Made by a program: the position numbers and the translations under genes. Shown one piece after another: positions 8,437-18,198 of a stretch of 64,000 bases of DNA. The notes below the pieces were generated by a model, which made no database searches, was not told the DNA's origin, and saw only the letters and a program-made list of their open reading frames with translations. Each line of letters opens with the position of its first letter. Positions within the stretch are counted from its first letter, which is position 1. Source of the stretch: a virus (lineage: Duplodnaviria > Caudoviricetes); the IMG/VR virus record IMGVR_UViG_3300044542_000107, positions 1-64,000 of that record. The stretch is one strand, 5' to 3'.

Positions 8437-8474
8437 GCGCTGCTGCTGGAATGGCAGACAGGCCCGCCTCAAAA
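8437..8474 (+). pseudogene. 5' half of a tRNA-Leu(CAA)
   Basis: GCGCTGC-TG-CTGG AATGGCAG ACAG-G-CCCGC-CT CAA AA; no 3' anticodon stem or T arm follows. Confidence 0.6.
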
Positions 8475-8667
8475 ATCTGGCACCCAGGAAAATATGGCAG
8501 CCCCTCGAGGAATGGGTGGCGTCCTTATCCTGGCGCCCCAGTCGTGGCGCGATCCGGCCTGTCCTTTCCGGGTCCTTTCAGCAGGCAGGATCGCCCAGGC
8601 TCGCCACCTGGAGCCGCGCCCGACGGCTGCCACCATTCGGGCACACACATCGAGGGGAGGGGTTGGC

Positions 8668-8979
8668 ATGGCTGCTGTGTGCAGCGAGCCCGGATGCCCG
8701 GCCATCGTGCCGCGTGCGGGCTACTGCCGACGTCATCGCCGCTACTCCCCGACCACCCGCCGCAGCGCCAGGGAGATCCGGCGTCGGGCCCAGGCGGTGG
8801 CCGACTGGGTGGCGGTCAACGGCTGGGTCTGTCCCGGCTGGCATCGCGATCCGCACGAGTCGCATGACCTGACCGCCGACCATGTGACGCCGGTCGCATG
8901 GGGTGGCGGCGACGGGCCGCTCACCTGTCTGTGCCGCTCGTGCAACAGTCGCCGCGGTGCCTCGATGGATCGGGGTTGA
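8668..8979 (+). CDS. HNH endonuclease (terminase-associated)
   Basis: ADHVTP...LCRSCNSRRG; precedes TerS. Confidence 0.85.
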   Translation: MAAVCSEPGCPAIVPRAGYCRRHRRYSPTTRRSAREIRRRAQAVADWVAVNGWVCPGWHRDPHESHDLTADHVTPVAWGGGDGPLTCLCRSCNSRRGASMDRG

Positions 8980-9043
8980 GCACCCGCCTCATGGCGTCGG
9001 ATCGGCCGCCTGGACGCCTCCGGACGTCCGCCGTGACCCGGTG

Positions 9044-9247
9044 CTGACTAGGCGTGATGCCGCGCCATCGTCCATGTCATCCTTGATATGAAGGGCACCC
9101 TAATGTGGTGCTGACTAGGGGTTTCTCTACCCCATGAGTTTCCTGTGAATCTTCGGTGACTCCGCGCGAAATCGCCCTGACTAGGGGTTTCGCCTTCCTG
9201 TGACCCACCTGTGAGGGGTGGGGGAGGGGGCTCTGACTAGGGGTTTT
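9044..9247 (+). repeat. Packaging (cos) region of A with CTGACTAGG(GGTTT) direct repeats
   Basis: Copies at 9044, 9111, 9177, 9233 plus G-tract, between HNH and TerS. Confidence 0.7.
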
Positions 9248-9356
9248 ACAGCGCTCGCGAGGTGTCTCGCTGTGCGGAGTGCTGAAAAGTCGTATTTTCG
9301 CCCCACTCGATGCCGCATGCGATATGCGGTCGGGGCCTGCTTGAGGAGGGGTCGCG

Positions 9357-9767
9357 ATGACCGCACCGAAGGGTCTCAACACCGGCGGCCGACGTCTGTG
9401 GCGCCAGATCACCGGGGAGCATGAGCTGGATGCGGTGCAGCGCGTGCAACTGCTGGAGGCGTGCCGGACGAAGGATCATCTGGACAAGCTCGACGAGCTG
9501 CTGCGCGGTGAGCTGGACGCGTGGGCGAGGATCACCGATGCGCCGAACGAGGCGGGTGAGGTGAAGGTGGTCGTCAATGCGGCTCTGGACAAGCAGATGG
9601 CCGCGGCGAACCTCCTCAAGCAGCTCCTGGCGGCTCTGAGGCTTCCGGATTCGAAGACCGGAAAGAAGCCTCAGCAAAGGTCCGCGCGCGGCGCCTATGC
9701 CCCGAAGAAGCCTACTGGCGGCAACGTGACGGCGATTGATCGGGCACGGAAGCGGCGTCAGGCATGA
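9357..9767 (+). CDS. terS: Terminase small subunit
   Basis: PKGLNTGGRRLW N-terminus; coupled to TerL. Confidence 0.8.
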   Translation: MTAPKGLNTGGRRLWRQITGEHELDAVQRVQLLEACRTKDHLDKLDELLRGELDAWARITDAPNEAGEVKVVVNAALDKQMAAANLLKQLLAALRLPDSKTGKKPQQRSARGAYAPKKPTGGNVTAIDRARKRRQA

Positions 9768-11356
9768 CCGGGTTCATCTCCGCCTTCGATGGCCAGGTGT
9801 GCAGCCTTGGCTACGCGGCGGTGGACTGGATAGAGCAGAACTGCTGCCACGGCCCGGGCGACGTGCAGGGCGAGCCTGTCTCGATCGATGATGAGATGTT
9901 CGACTTCCTGGTGGACGCCTACCGGATCGATCCGGAGACGGGCCGTCGGGTGTGGTCGGAGTGCATGCTGAGCCGGGCGAAGGGTCGTGCGAAGTCGGAG
10001 GTCGCCGGTTTCATCGTGTGCTTCGAGGCGTTCGGTCCGTGTCGGTTCGACCGGTGGGACAAGGACGGTCAGCCCGTTGGCCGGCCGGTCACCTCGCCGA
10101 TGATCCGTTGCCTGGCGACCGAGGAGTCGCAGGCCGGCAACACGTTCCAGGTGGTTGCCTACATCGTCTCGGACTGGGGCCCGGAGAACCGGCCGGACAT
10201 CTACTCCGGTGTGACCGGGTCGCGGCAGTACCAGAGTGCGTCGAGCATCTACCTTCCGCATGGTGGGGAGATCCGGGCGTGCACGTCGGGGTCGGCGTCG
10301 AAGGATGGCGGCAAGGAGACGTTCGCCGTGGCCGACGAGACGCACCTGTACGTGCTGCCTGAGTTGCGGAGCATGTATGCGACGGTGCGGCGCAACACGG
10401 GCAAGCGGAAGATCGCCCAGCCGTGGTTGCTGCAGACGACGACGGCTTACTGCCCGGGTGAGGAGTCCATTGCGGAGCAGACGTTGACGTTGTGGCGGAC
10501 CGATCAGCTTCCTCCTGGGATTCTGATCGACCACAAGGAGGCGAAGGGTCCGGTGAAGGTCCGGGACCGTGAGCACACGCTCAAGCAGCTTCACCAGGTG
10601 TATGGCGCCGCCCGGGATTGGATCGACTTCGACGGCATCTACGAGAAGATGGTCGACCCTCGCACCTGCCCGGATGATGCGACGGCTGCGCGGTACTACC
10701 TGAACCGTCCGATGTCGACGAATGCGGCGTGGATTGCGAAGGACATTCACGAGCGCCAGACTCGCGATGAGACGGTGGCGCCTGGTGAGCACATCACCAT
10801 CGGGTTCGACGGGTCGTTGAACGATGACACGACGGTCGTGCGCGGCTGCCGCATCAGTGACGGGTTCCTGTTTCGGATCGGTGCGTGGCCGAAGCCTGCC
10901 GGGCCTGAGGGTATGGGCTGGTCTGTTCCCCGCACGGAAGTTCTGGAGTGCATCCGGCAGGCGTTCCGGACGTGGGATGTGGTGCGGGCCTACTGCGACC
11001 CACACGAGTGGCGTTCGGATGTGGACCGGCTGGCTGAGGAGTTCGGCGAGGATCATGTGATCGCCTGGGCGACAACGCGGGCGACTCAGATGGGGTCGGC
11101 GCTGGACCGGTTGCACACGGACCTGATGAACGGCACCTGCTGGCATGACGCGGACATTCTGGCGGCGGAGCATTACGGCAACGTGTACGTGAAGATGAAG
11201 GGCCCGTACCGGCTGGTGCGCAAGGAGAACCCGAACAGCGCCCGCAAGATCGACTCCGTCGTCGGGGACGCGCTGGCCTACGAGGCTCGCGCTGATGTGC
11301 TGGCGAGCGGCTGGTCCCCTGAGGATGAGCTGGGTGGAATTCTGTGTTTCACGTGA
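9764..11356 (+). CDS. terL: Terminase large subunit
   Basis: RAKGRAKS Walker A variant, VADETH Walker B, GFDGS nuclease, KIDS. Confidence 0.92.
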   Translation: MTGFISAFDGQVCSLGYAAVDWIEQNCCHGPGDVQGEPVSIDDEMFDFLVDAYRIDPETGRRVWSECMLSRAKGRAKSEVAGFIVCFEAFGPCRFDRWDKDGQPVGRPVTSPMIRCLATEESQAGNTFQVVAYIVSDWGPENRPDIYSGVTGSRQYQSASSIYLPHGGEIRACTSGSASKDGGKETFAVADETHLYVLPELRSMYATVRRNTGKRKIAQPWLLQTTTAYCPGEESIAEQTLTLWRTDQLPPGILIDHKEAKGPVKVRDREHTLKQLHQVYGAARDWIDFDGIYEKMVDPRTCPDDATAARYYLNRPMSTNAAWIAKDIHERQTRDETVAPGEHITIGFDGSLNDDTTVVRGCRISDGFLFRIGAWPKPAGPEGMGWSVPRTEVLECIRQAFRTWDVVRAYCDPHEWRSDVDRLAEEFGEDHVIAWATTRATQMGSALDRLHTDLMNGTCWHDADILAAEHYGNVYVKMKGPYRLVRKENPNSARKIDSVVGDALAYEARADVLASGWSPEDELGGILCFT

Positions 11357-11373
11357 TCGAGGAGGGGTGACCT

Positions 11374-12762
11374 GTGGTGCTGTCTGATGATGAGTTGGCG
11401 ATGGTCGCCCGCCTGGACAGGAAGATCCGGGTGGCACGCAACGGCCGCCGTGGTAAGCACTGGTTCCGTGGGCTGGATCTGCTGGAGAGGTACTACGACG
11501 GGGAGCAGCGGCTGATCCAGATGGGTCTGGCCGTCCCGCCTGAGCTGCGGCAGTTTGAGACGGTCGTGGGGATCCCGGCGATGGCTGTGGATGAGACGGA
11601 GCGCCGCCAGTCCCTGAAGTCGTTTCAGCGGTCCGGCAACGAGGCGGACGACAAGGAGCTCCGGGAGGCGTGGGAGTTCAACAACCTGGACTCTCAGGCC
11701 AGTCTGACGCACAAGGACACGAGGATCTACGGCCGGGGGTTTGTGGCTGTCTCGACGAACGACGAGGACGCGGAGCATCCGCTGATCACTCCCCTGTCGC
11801 CGAAGGACGTCGGGGTGCAGATCGATCAGCGGCATCGTCGGATCGCCGCCGCCCTGAAGGTGTTCAAGCGGGACTCCTCCGACTCGGAGCGGTCGGCGAT
11901 GCTGTATCTGCCCGATGCGACGGTGGAGCTGGTGCAGCGGTCCGGGACGTGGTCCGAGGTGGATCGGGATGATCACCGCCTGGGCGCCGTGCCGATCGTC
12001 ATGTTCCTGAACAAGCCGAAGACCGGCGAGTTCCACGGGCATTCTGAGATGAACCCGGTCATCGGCCTGACGGATTCCATCTCGCGAATGGTCACCAACA
12101 TGCAGGTCGCCGGCGAGATTGCGGCGATTCCACAGCGGTGGATCACCGGAGCCTCGAAGGGCGACTTCATCGACAAGAACGGCAAGCAGCTCCCCGTCTG
12201 GGAGGCCTACTTCACGGCGATCAAGGCGATCTCGAACAAGGACGCGAAGCTCGGACAGTGGTCGGCCGCCGATTTGGCGAACTTCACCGGAGCCGTGAAC
12301 AACATGCTGTCCTGGTGTGCCGCGGTCCTGGGTCTGCCGACCCGGTATGCCGGGCAGCAGGCCGTGAACCCGGCGTCCGAGGGTGCGATCATCGCCGATG
12401 AGGCGCGGCTGATCAAGAACGTCGAGCGCATGAACTCGCTCGACGGCGACTGCTGGTCGTGGGTGATGGCCCTCTATGAGCGGTTCCGCACCGGGGCGTG
12501 GCCGATCCAGAACAGCATCCGGGCCCTGTGGCACGATCCGGCTACGCCGACCTATTCGCAGCGCGCCGATGCGGTGCTGAAGCTGCACTCCGGGAATTCC
12601 CCGATCCTGTCGCGTGAGGGCGCCTGGGATGAACTCGGCTGGTCGGAGGAGCGCAAGGCGACCGAGCGCCGGTACTTCGAGGCTGAGCGCTCCGACCCTG
12701 ACCTGCAAGCGTTCTACGAGGCGGTGAGCGGTCGTGGCCGCACCTCTGGCGACGGTCAGTGA
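11374..12762 (+). CDS. Portal protein (SPP1 gp6-like)
   Basis: RYYDGEQ, IYGRGF, VPIV, NPASEGAI; position after TerL. Confidence 0.9.
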   Translation: MVLSDDELAMVARLDRKIRVARNGRRGKHWFRGLDLLERYYDGEQRLIQMGLAVPPELRQFETVVGIPAMAVDETERRQSLKSFQRSGNEADDKELREAWEFNNLDSQASLTHKDTRIYGRGFVAVSTNDEDAEHPLITPLSPKDVGVQIDQRHRRIAAALKVFKRDSSDSERSAMLYLPDATVELVQRSGTWSEVDRDDHRLGAVPIVMFLNKPKTGEFHGHSEMNPVIGLTDSISRMVTNMQVAGEIAAIPQRWITGASKGDFIDKNGKQLPVWEAYFTAIKAISNKDAKLGQWSAADLANFTGAVNNMLSWCAAVLGLPTRYAGQQAVNPASEGAIIADEARLIKNVERMNSLDGDCWSWVMALYERFRTGAWPIQNSIRALWHDPATPTYSQRADAVLKLHSGNSPILSREGAWDELGWSEERKATERRYFEAERSDPDLQAFYEAVSGRGRTSGDGQ

Positions 12763-13651
12763 GCTGTACCGGCAGGTGCAGTTGCTGGCGGACGTGACGG
12801 AGGGGCTGGCGCGGTCTCGGTGGCGTCCGGGCGGCGGTGACTGGCTGGCTGGATGGCAGAAGCGGCTGCCCGAGGTGGCCGGTGCTGTCTCGATGGCCCA
12901 GTCGACGGCGGCAGGTCTGGCGAACGACGCCGCCGATGATGTGCTGTCGGGCTACGGCATTCCGCAGTCGCCGCGGGCGGATCCGTTGGGGTTCGCCGGG
13001 TGGATGCAGCCCGACGAGTCGCCGTGGGCGGTTCCGCTGGTCGACGCCATGGGCGATGCCCCGGTGATCGTGGCGCGTCGCACCGCGGGTGACGCCGGTC
13101 AGATGCTGTCGGCCGGCCGGGACATGGTGGGCGTCCTGGCGCGCACCGCTGTGGCGAATGCGGCCCGCATGGCCATGGAGGCCCGGATTGCGGGCACCAA
13201 GCATTGCTCCGGGGCGTTCTGGGAGCCAGCCCCGTACTGCCAGCGATGCGCTGTGATCATCGGTAAGAGCTTCGCGCTCGGCCATGAATGGCAGCGTCAT
13301 CCTCGCTGTGACGGTCAGGTGATCCCCGTGCCGGACGGACGCGATGTGCCGTGGCCGGGCGCCGACGAGTCCGACATCTCGGATCTGACGCTCGACCAGA
13401 AGAAGGCGATCGCCGATGGCGGCGACTTGAATCAAGTCATCAATGCCCATTCGGGGGCCCGCGGCGGCAAGCGCGACTACCGGTCACCGCTGTACGCCAG
13501 CGGCACGAAGACGTATGCCGGGGTGGGTCGTCGCCACAATGACGGCACCGCGAAGAGGGTGCGGCTCACCCCGAAGGGGATCTATCGCATGGCCGGCGAC
13601 GATCGGACCATGGCGAGGGATCTCCTCTCCAAGTACGGCTACATCCTGTAG
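12734..13651 (+). CDS. Minor capsid / head maturation protein
   Basis: CQRC...RHPRCD, RLTPKGIY; position. Confidence 0.75.
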   Translation: MAAPLATVSELYRQVQLLADVTEGLARSRWRPGGGDWLAGWQKRLPEVAGAVSMAQSTAAGLANDAADDVLSGYGIPQSPRADPLGFAGWMQPDESPWAVPLVDAMGDAPVIVARRTAGDAGQMLSAGRDMVGVLARTAVANAARMAMEARIAGTKHCSGAFWEPAPYCQRCAVIIGKSFALGHEWQRHPRCDGQVIPVPDGRDVPWPGADESDISDLTLDQKKAIADGGDLNQVINAHSGARGGKRDYRSPLYASGTKTYAGVGRRHNDGTAKRVRLTPKGIYRMAGDDRTMARDLLSKYGYIL

Positions 13652-13717
13652 CCCCATAGTTCTCCCGTGGCGGCGATTGCCCGGGGTATCCATCCGAGCG
13701 AATCGGAGAAACACACC

Positions 13718-14272
13718 ATGCCAAACCCTGCCAACAGTGCGCCCGCAGCCTCCCAACAGGAGGCCAACAAGACCCCCGAGTCGGCCGGCCAGAATCCCCC
13801 GCAGGAGCCCGACAAGGGCCCCGACGGGGGTGACGGTGACGAGCAGCTAGGCGAGTCGGGCCTCAAGGCTCTGCATTCGGAGCGTGACGCCCGTAAGGCC
13901 GCCGAGAAGCGCGCGAACGATCTGGCTGCGAAGGTCAAGGCGTTCGAGGACGCGAACCTGACGGACCAGGAGAAGCAGACCCGCGAGCTGACCGAGCTGC
14001 GGACCGAGGCCGCAGGGCTGCGCGATCAGATCGCCCGCCGTGACGCCTGCGAGGCCGCCGGGATTCCGGCGTCCTGGGCGAAGCGGCTCGCCGGATCGAA
14101 TCTCGAGGAGCTCACCGCGGACGCGAAGTCCATCGGCGGGCAGCTCGGCGCCGCGGCCCCGCGCACTCCGAAGCCTGACCCGTCGACCGGCCTCACCTCC
14201 CATGGGGACGCTGGGTCGTCGGTGAGCGCTGGCAGGGACCTGTTCAAGAACCGACATTCCAAGAAGGGATGA
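13718..14272 (+). CDS. Capsid scaffolding protein
   Basis: Acidic N-terminus, LGESGLKALxSER coiled coil, PKPDP. Confidence 0.8.
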   Translation: MPNPANSAPAASQQEANKTPESAGQNPPQEPDKGPDGGDGDEQLGESGLKALHSERDARKAAEKRANDLAAKVKAFEDANLTDQEKQTRELTELRTEAAGLRDQIARRDACEAAGIPASWAKRLAGSNLEELTADAKSIGGQLGAAAPRTPKPDPSTGLTSHGDAGSSVSAGRDLFKNRHSKKG

Positions 14273-14276
14273 AACA

Positions 14277-14651
14277 ATGCCTCGACTCAAGATTGAGTCC
14301 TTCGGCGGCGATGACTCGTCGTGGCTGGCCTCCGGGCACGGCATCCGCAATGCGCGGACCGGCACCATCGACATCTCGGCCTTCACGAAGGCGACTCACT
14401 ACCCGGACGGTTTCCTTCCGGCCGGGCTCCCCGTCAACACTGCCGACGAAGGGGCCGTCAAGCCCTGGACCGACGCCGTAGGTGAGCAGCTCGGCTTCGT
14501 GCTGTTCAACGTCGGCACTGACGGCGTGGAGGACATTCCCGCGCCGGTGCTGCGCCACGGCCTCGTGAAGACCGCCAAGCTCCCCGGTGGTGCGTTCACC
14601 CACGCCGCCGGAGACGCTTCCGGATTCACCTTCATCGGAGGGACTGACTGA
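14277..14651 (+). CDS. Head decoration protein
   Basis: HYPDGFLPAG; between scaffold and capsid. Confidence 0.7.
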   Translation: MPRLKIESFGGDDSSWLASGHGIRNARTGTIDISAFTKATHYPDGFLPAGLPVNTADEGAVKPWTDAVGEQLGFVLFNVGTDGVEDIPAPVLRHGLVKTAKLPGGAFTHAAGDASGFTFIGGTD

Positions 14652-14653
14652 TC

Positions 14654-15655
14654 ATGGCCCTGTGGACTGACATCATCGAGCCGGCCGAACTGACCGGCTA
14701 CATGCGCGCCTCCCTGGAGGACTACGAGATCTCGCAGGGGTCGCTGGCTCAGTGGCTGCCGAACGAGACCGTGCCGGACATCTCGGCCCGCTTCTGGAAG
14801 GGCGAGGCTGGGCTGGTGGATGAGGCTCGCTTCCGTTCCTACGATGCGGAGATCGAGATCGGCGGTGGCGCGAAGGAGGAGCGGGTCACCATCGACCTGC
14901 CCGCCGTCGGACTCAAGAACGTCGTCTCCGAGTACCGGCAGCTGAAGCTGCGAAACGCCCCCGAGGAGGCGATGCGCAACAGTATCCTCAAGGAGGCCGA
15001 CCGGATCGTGCACGGCGTCGCCGACCGCATCGAGCGGACCCGAGGCGTGGTGCTGAACACCGGCAGGGCGACCATCTCGCAGTCGAACTTCAAGATCGAC
15101 GACGACTTCGGGCGTGATTCCGCGCTGACTCTGACGGCTCCGGCTCTGTGGTCGGAGACCGACACCGACGCGCTGGGGCAGCTGGACACGTGGCGTCAGC
15201 TGTACGTCGACAAGAACGGCGAGGAGCCGGGGGCGATCCTCATGTCGCGCCGGGCCCTGTCGGCCCTGTCGCGGCTGGCACAGTTCAAGCCTGTCCTGTC
15301 GGGCACCGGTCAGCGTCCCGCCACCCAGGCGGACGTGCTGGCCCTGCTGGACGCCTACGGGCTGCCGCCGGTGTCGCTGTACAACCGGCGCACCAAGACC
15401 GGCCCGGTCCTGCCCGATGATCGGGTGCTGATGCTCCCGTCCGCCGGCGCGAACCAGCTGGGCGCCACCTACTGGGGTGAGACCCTCAGCTCGGCCGAGG
15501 AGACCTACGGCATCGCCGTGGAGGACGCCCCAGGCCTGGTGGCCGCTGTGTACCGCGGCGAGCAGCCCCCGCACATCGCCGAGGTGCTGTGCGACGCGAT
15601 CGCCCTGCCGGTGCTGGCCAACGCCAACCTGTCTCTGTCGGCGAAGGTGCTGTGA
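14654..15655 (+). CDS. Major capsid protein (gpE-like)
   Basis: ARFRSYDAE, DFGR, DAIALPVL; size and position. Confidence 0.85.
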   Translation: MALWTDIIEPAELTGYMRASLEDYEISQGSLAQWLPNETVPDISARFWKGEAGLVDEARFRSYDAEIEIGGGAKEERVTIDLPAVGLKNVVSEYRQLKLRNAPEEAMRNSILKEADRIVHGVADRIERTRGVVLNTGRATISQSNFKIDDDFGRDSALTLTAPALWSETDTDALGQLDTWRQLYVDKNGEEPGAILMSRRALSALSRLAQFKPVLSGTGQRPATQADVLALLDAYGLPPVSLYNRRTKTGPVLPDDRVLMLPSAGANQLGATYWGETLSSAEETYGIAVEDAPGLVAAVYRGEQPPHIAEVLCDAIALPVLANANLSLSAKVL

Positions 15656-15657
15656 TC

Positions 15658-15840
15658 ATGGCCGCCATCATCAAGGCGGCCACCGTGGTCACGCATCCCG
15701 TCACTGGGGAGCCGGTGGCCCTCATGGTTGGTGATGAGTGCCCGGACATCCTGTCCGGCCTGATCACCAACCCTGAGGTGCTCGACCAGCCGAAGGTGGC
15801 GCGGCGCCGCAAGCCGAAGGATGCCGACCGGGAGGGCTGA
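15658..15840 (+). CDS. Small head-associated protein
   Basis: GDECP...ITNPEV; position. Confidence 0.6.
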   Translation: MAAIIKAATVVTHPVTGEPVALMVGDECPDILSGLITNPEVLDQPKVARRRKPKDADREG

Positions 15841-15843
15841 CTC

Positions 15844-16224
15844 GTGCTGACCGTCACGGCCGATGACATCGGCGTCGAGCTCGGACGGACGCTCACCGAC
15901 GCCGAGACCCGGCAGGCCGATAAGTGGATCGCCCAGGCGCTTGCCATCATCACGAAGAAGGTCGGGGACATCGCCCGGCTAGATTCTGAGATGGTCGAGT
16001 ACGTCGTGGTGCAGATGGTAGCGGAGCGTTTCCGCCGCCCTGCCGACGGCGCCACCCAGGTGCAGGTGTCCGTCGATGACGCGTCGAGCCTGCGACGGTT
16101 CGACACGTCAGCGAAGGGGCTTGTGCTGCGTCCCGAGTGGATCGACCTGCTCACCCCGGACGAGGATGCCTCGCAGGCGTTCACGATCCGGCCAGGGGGA
16201 TGGGGGCCCAGTCATGCTCGGTGA
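15844..16224 (+). CDS. Head-tail adaptor
   Basis: Position; VQMVAERFRRP, AFTIRP. Confidence 0.7.
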   Translation: MLTVTADDIGVELGRTLTDAETRQADKWIAQALAIITKKVGDIARLDSEMVEYVVVQMVAERFRRPADGATQVQVSVDDASSLRRFDTSAKGLVLRPEWIDLLTPDEDASQAFTIRPGGWGPSHAR

Positions 16225-16624
16225 GGACCTGGCGGCCGAACTGCCACACCTGCGGGCTGAGGCTGAATCGGCGATGACCGACCACGGAGTGATCGGCACC
16301 CTGGAGAGTCACCTCGACCGCGAGACCGGGGAGATCGTCGAGACGGTCGTCCCGGCATACACGGGCCCCCTGGGTTGCCGTCAGTCAGAGGACAGGCAAC
16401 GCGTCGAGTCAGCCGGATCCGAGGTGACTGCAGCCCCGGTCACGGTCCGCGCCCCGTGGGACACGCCCGTGCAGCCCGGGATGGTGGTCGTGTTCGACGC
16501 CTCGGCGGATCCACGCCTGCTCGGCGTGCGTCTGCGCGTCTCGGCCGTCAAGGGCGGCACGTGGAGCGTGCAGCGCCGGATCATCTGCGAGGAGGTGCAG
16601 GGTGCCGATCAGGACCAACGCTGA
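16214..16624 (+). CDS. Head-tail stopper-like protein
   Basis: RAEAESAMTD, beta-rich; position. Confidence 0.65.
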   Translation: MLGEDLAAELPHLRAEAESAMTDHGVIGTLESHLDRETGEIVETVVPAYTGPLGCRQSEDRQRVESAGSEVTAAPVTVRAPWDTPVQPGMVVVFDASADPRLLGVRLRVSAVKGGTWSVQRRIICEEVQGADQDQR

Positions 16625-16970
16625 GGAGCTGGCCGCCAAGCTGGACACCGCGTCCGGCCGCGTCGGGCCAGTCGGGACGAGGGCCATCAGGCAGGCAGCG
16701 GACGAGGTGTTGAAGGTGCAGGAGGCGCATGTGCCCGTGCGCACCGGGCGCCTGAAGGGGTCCCTGAACGTGCAGGTCGAGGGTGACGGGCGATCCGGCA
16801 CCATCATCGCGCACGTGGGCCCCACCGGAGTGCGTTACGCCACCTTCCAGGAGCACGGCACGTCTCGCATGGCGGCGCATCCGTTCGCGGAGCCCGCCAC
16901 CGAGGAGGCTCGCCGGATCCTCCCCCAGCTGGTCGAGCATGCCGCCGAGGAGATCGCCCGCGATGTATGA
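16602..16970 (+). CDS. HK97 gp10-like neck protein
   Basis: PVRTGRLKGS, YATFQEHGTSRM, PFAEPA. Confidence 0.85.
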   Translation: MPIRTNAEELAAKLDTASGRVGPVGTRAIRQAADEVLKVQEAHVPVRTGRLKGSLNVQVEGDGRSGTIIAHVGPTGVRYATFQEHGTSRMAAHPFAEPATEEARRILPQLVEHAAEEIARDV

Positions 16971-17349
16971 GCGTCTCACTTTCGCCGACCTGCTCGACGC
17001 GCGCCTCCACGCCATCGCCACCATTGACGCCTACGTACTCGCCGATCCGCCAGACAGGCCCGCGAGGGGCTATGTCGTGGCGGACATCAGCGCCGGAGGC
17101 GAGTGGGACGCCCGTCTGTCCGACGAGGTGTCGGACGCGCAGGGGGCCTTCGTACTCCGTTGCTGCGGGTTCTCCCGTGAGCAGGCGCTGCGCACCACGG
17201 ATCTCGCGATGAGGTCCATGCGTGGATGGCGCCCCTTTCCCGATGGAACGGCGCTCAGGTTGACCGACACGTCCGAGGTGATCCGCGACGATTCAGTGGC
17301 CACAGACATCCGATATTCCATTTCACTGCATTACCGATTCGACATTTAG
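16963..17349 (+). CDS. Tail terminator-like protein
   Basis: Position and size. Confidence 0.65.
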   Translation: MYERLTFADLLDARLHAIATIDAYVLADPPDRPARGYVVADISAGGEWDARLSDEVSDAQGAFVLRCCGFSREQALRTTDLAMRSMRGWRPFPDGTALRLTDTSEVIRDDSVATDIRYSISLHYRFDI

Positions 17350-17358
17350 GAGCATCTC

Positions 17359-17562
17359 ATGGCGGATTACGTCCGCGTCGAGGTGACCGATGCCGACGGT
17401 GGCAGGTCCGAGCATTCCGTGCGTTTCCCCATGCCGGGGATGCGCGTGCTCGACAAGCCCGCCGTCGACGCTTACGGCCACCCGCTTCCCCGCAAGGAGC
17501 ACACCATCATTTCCAAGATCGCCGCCTCGAAGCCGGCGGCTGACAAGAAGGAGCAGTCATGA
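17359..17562 (+). CDS. Small hypothetical tail-region protein
   Basis: AGGAG RBS, coupled to major tail gene. Confidence 0.6.
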   Translation: MADYVRVEVTDADGGRSEHSVRFPMPGMRVLDKPAVDAYGHPLPRKEHTIISKIAASKPAADKKEQS

Positions 17563-18095
17563 CCGCACAGATGATGGAGGACATCTTCCCCACCGGCGTT
17601 CAGGCGCCCGGCAACAACCTGGCGATCTGGCTGAAGACCAGCCCCGCCGATCCGGCGAAGCCCACGCTGGCCGAGCTGTCGGACATCACCGCGCTGGACA
17701 TCTCCTGCTACCTCAAGAAGGACGCCCTGGACAGCCTCGATCTGGCGCAGGAGACCGAGGATGATTCGCGGTTCTGCGATGCGGCGAAGCGTGAGGCTTT
17801 CGGCGAGCAGAGCTTCGACCAGAAGTCGATCAGCCACATTGTGGACCCGCAGGGCAAGGGCGATCAGGCCGAGAAGGGCAACCTGGCCGCCAAGCAGATC
17901 GAGGCGAACTCGACCGGCTACATGTACCTCCGGATGGGTGTCCCGCAGAAGCAGGAGCTGGCCGCCGGGGATGTGGTGACCGGGTTCACCGTCACCACCG
18001 GCGCCGACTTCGTGAAGCCTGTCACCACCGGCAAGTACTACCGGACCGTGATGACGTCGTTCACGATGAACGCGAATCAGGTTGCGATCGCCTGA
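17559..18095 (+). CDS. Major tail (tube) protein
   Basis: PTLAEL...DISCYL...DSRFC. Confidence 0.85.
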   Translation: MTAQMMEDIFPTGVQAPGNNLAIWLKTSPADPAKPTLAELSDITALDISCYLKKDALDSLDLAQETEDDSRFCDAAKREAFGEQSFDQKSISHIVDPQGKGDQAEKGNLAAKQIEANSTGYMYLRMGVPQKQELAAGDVVTGFTVTTGADFVKPVTTGKYYRTVMTSFTMNANQVAIA

Positions 18096-18130
18096 GTGGG
18101 CGGAATCACAACTGGATAACAATCGAATAT

Positions 18131-18165
18131 GGAGGGGCGGACACCTGCGATAGTTCCGCCCCTCC
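18131..18165 (+). other. Intergenic stem-loop between major tail and chaperone genes
   Basis: GGAGGGGCGGA...TCCGCCCCTCC. Confidence 0.6.
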
Positions 18166-18198
18166 CTTGCGTCTTTGAGCGATGAGAAAGGGCCACTG

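Noticed and set aside
8350-8770. GCAGCGC at 8372 and 8762 as the missing 3' acceptor strand of a permuted or intron-split tRNA-Leu
   Set aside because: No T arm (TTCRA) precedes either; a 7-mer match is expected by chance at this GC content.
9044-9247. Repeats at ~66-bp spacing as a mini CRISPR array
   Set aside because: Repeat is only 9-14 bp, spacing is uneven, no cas genes, and the location fits a packaging site.
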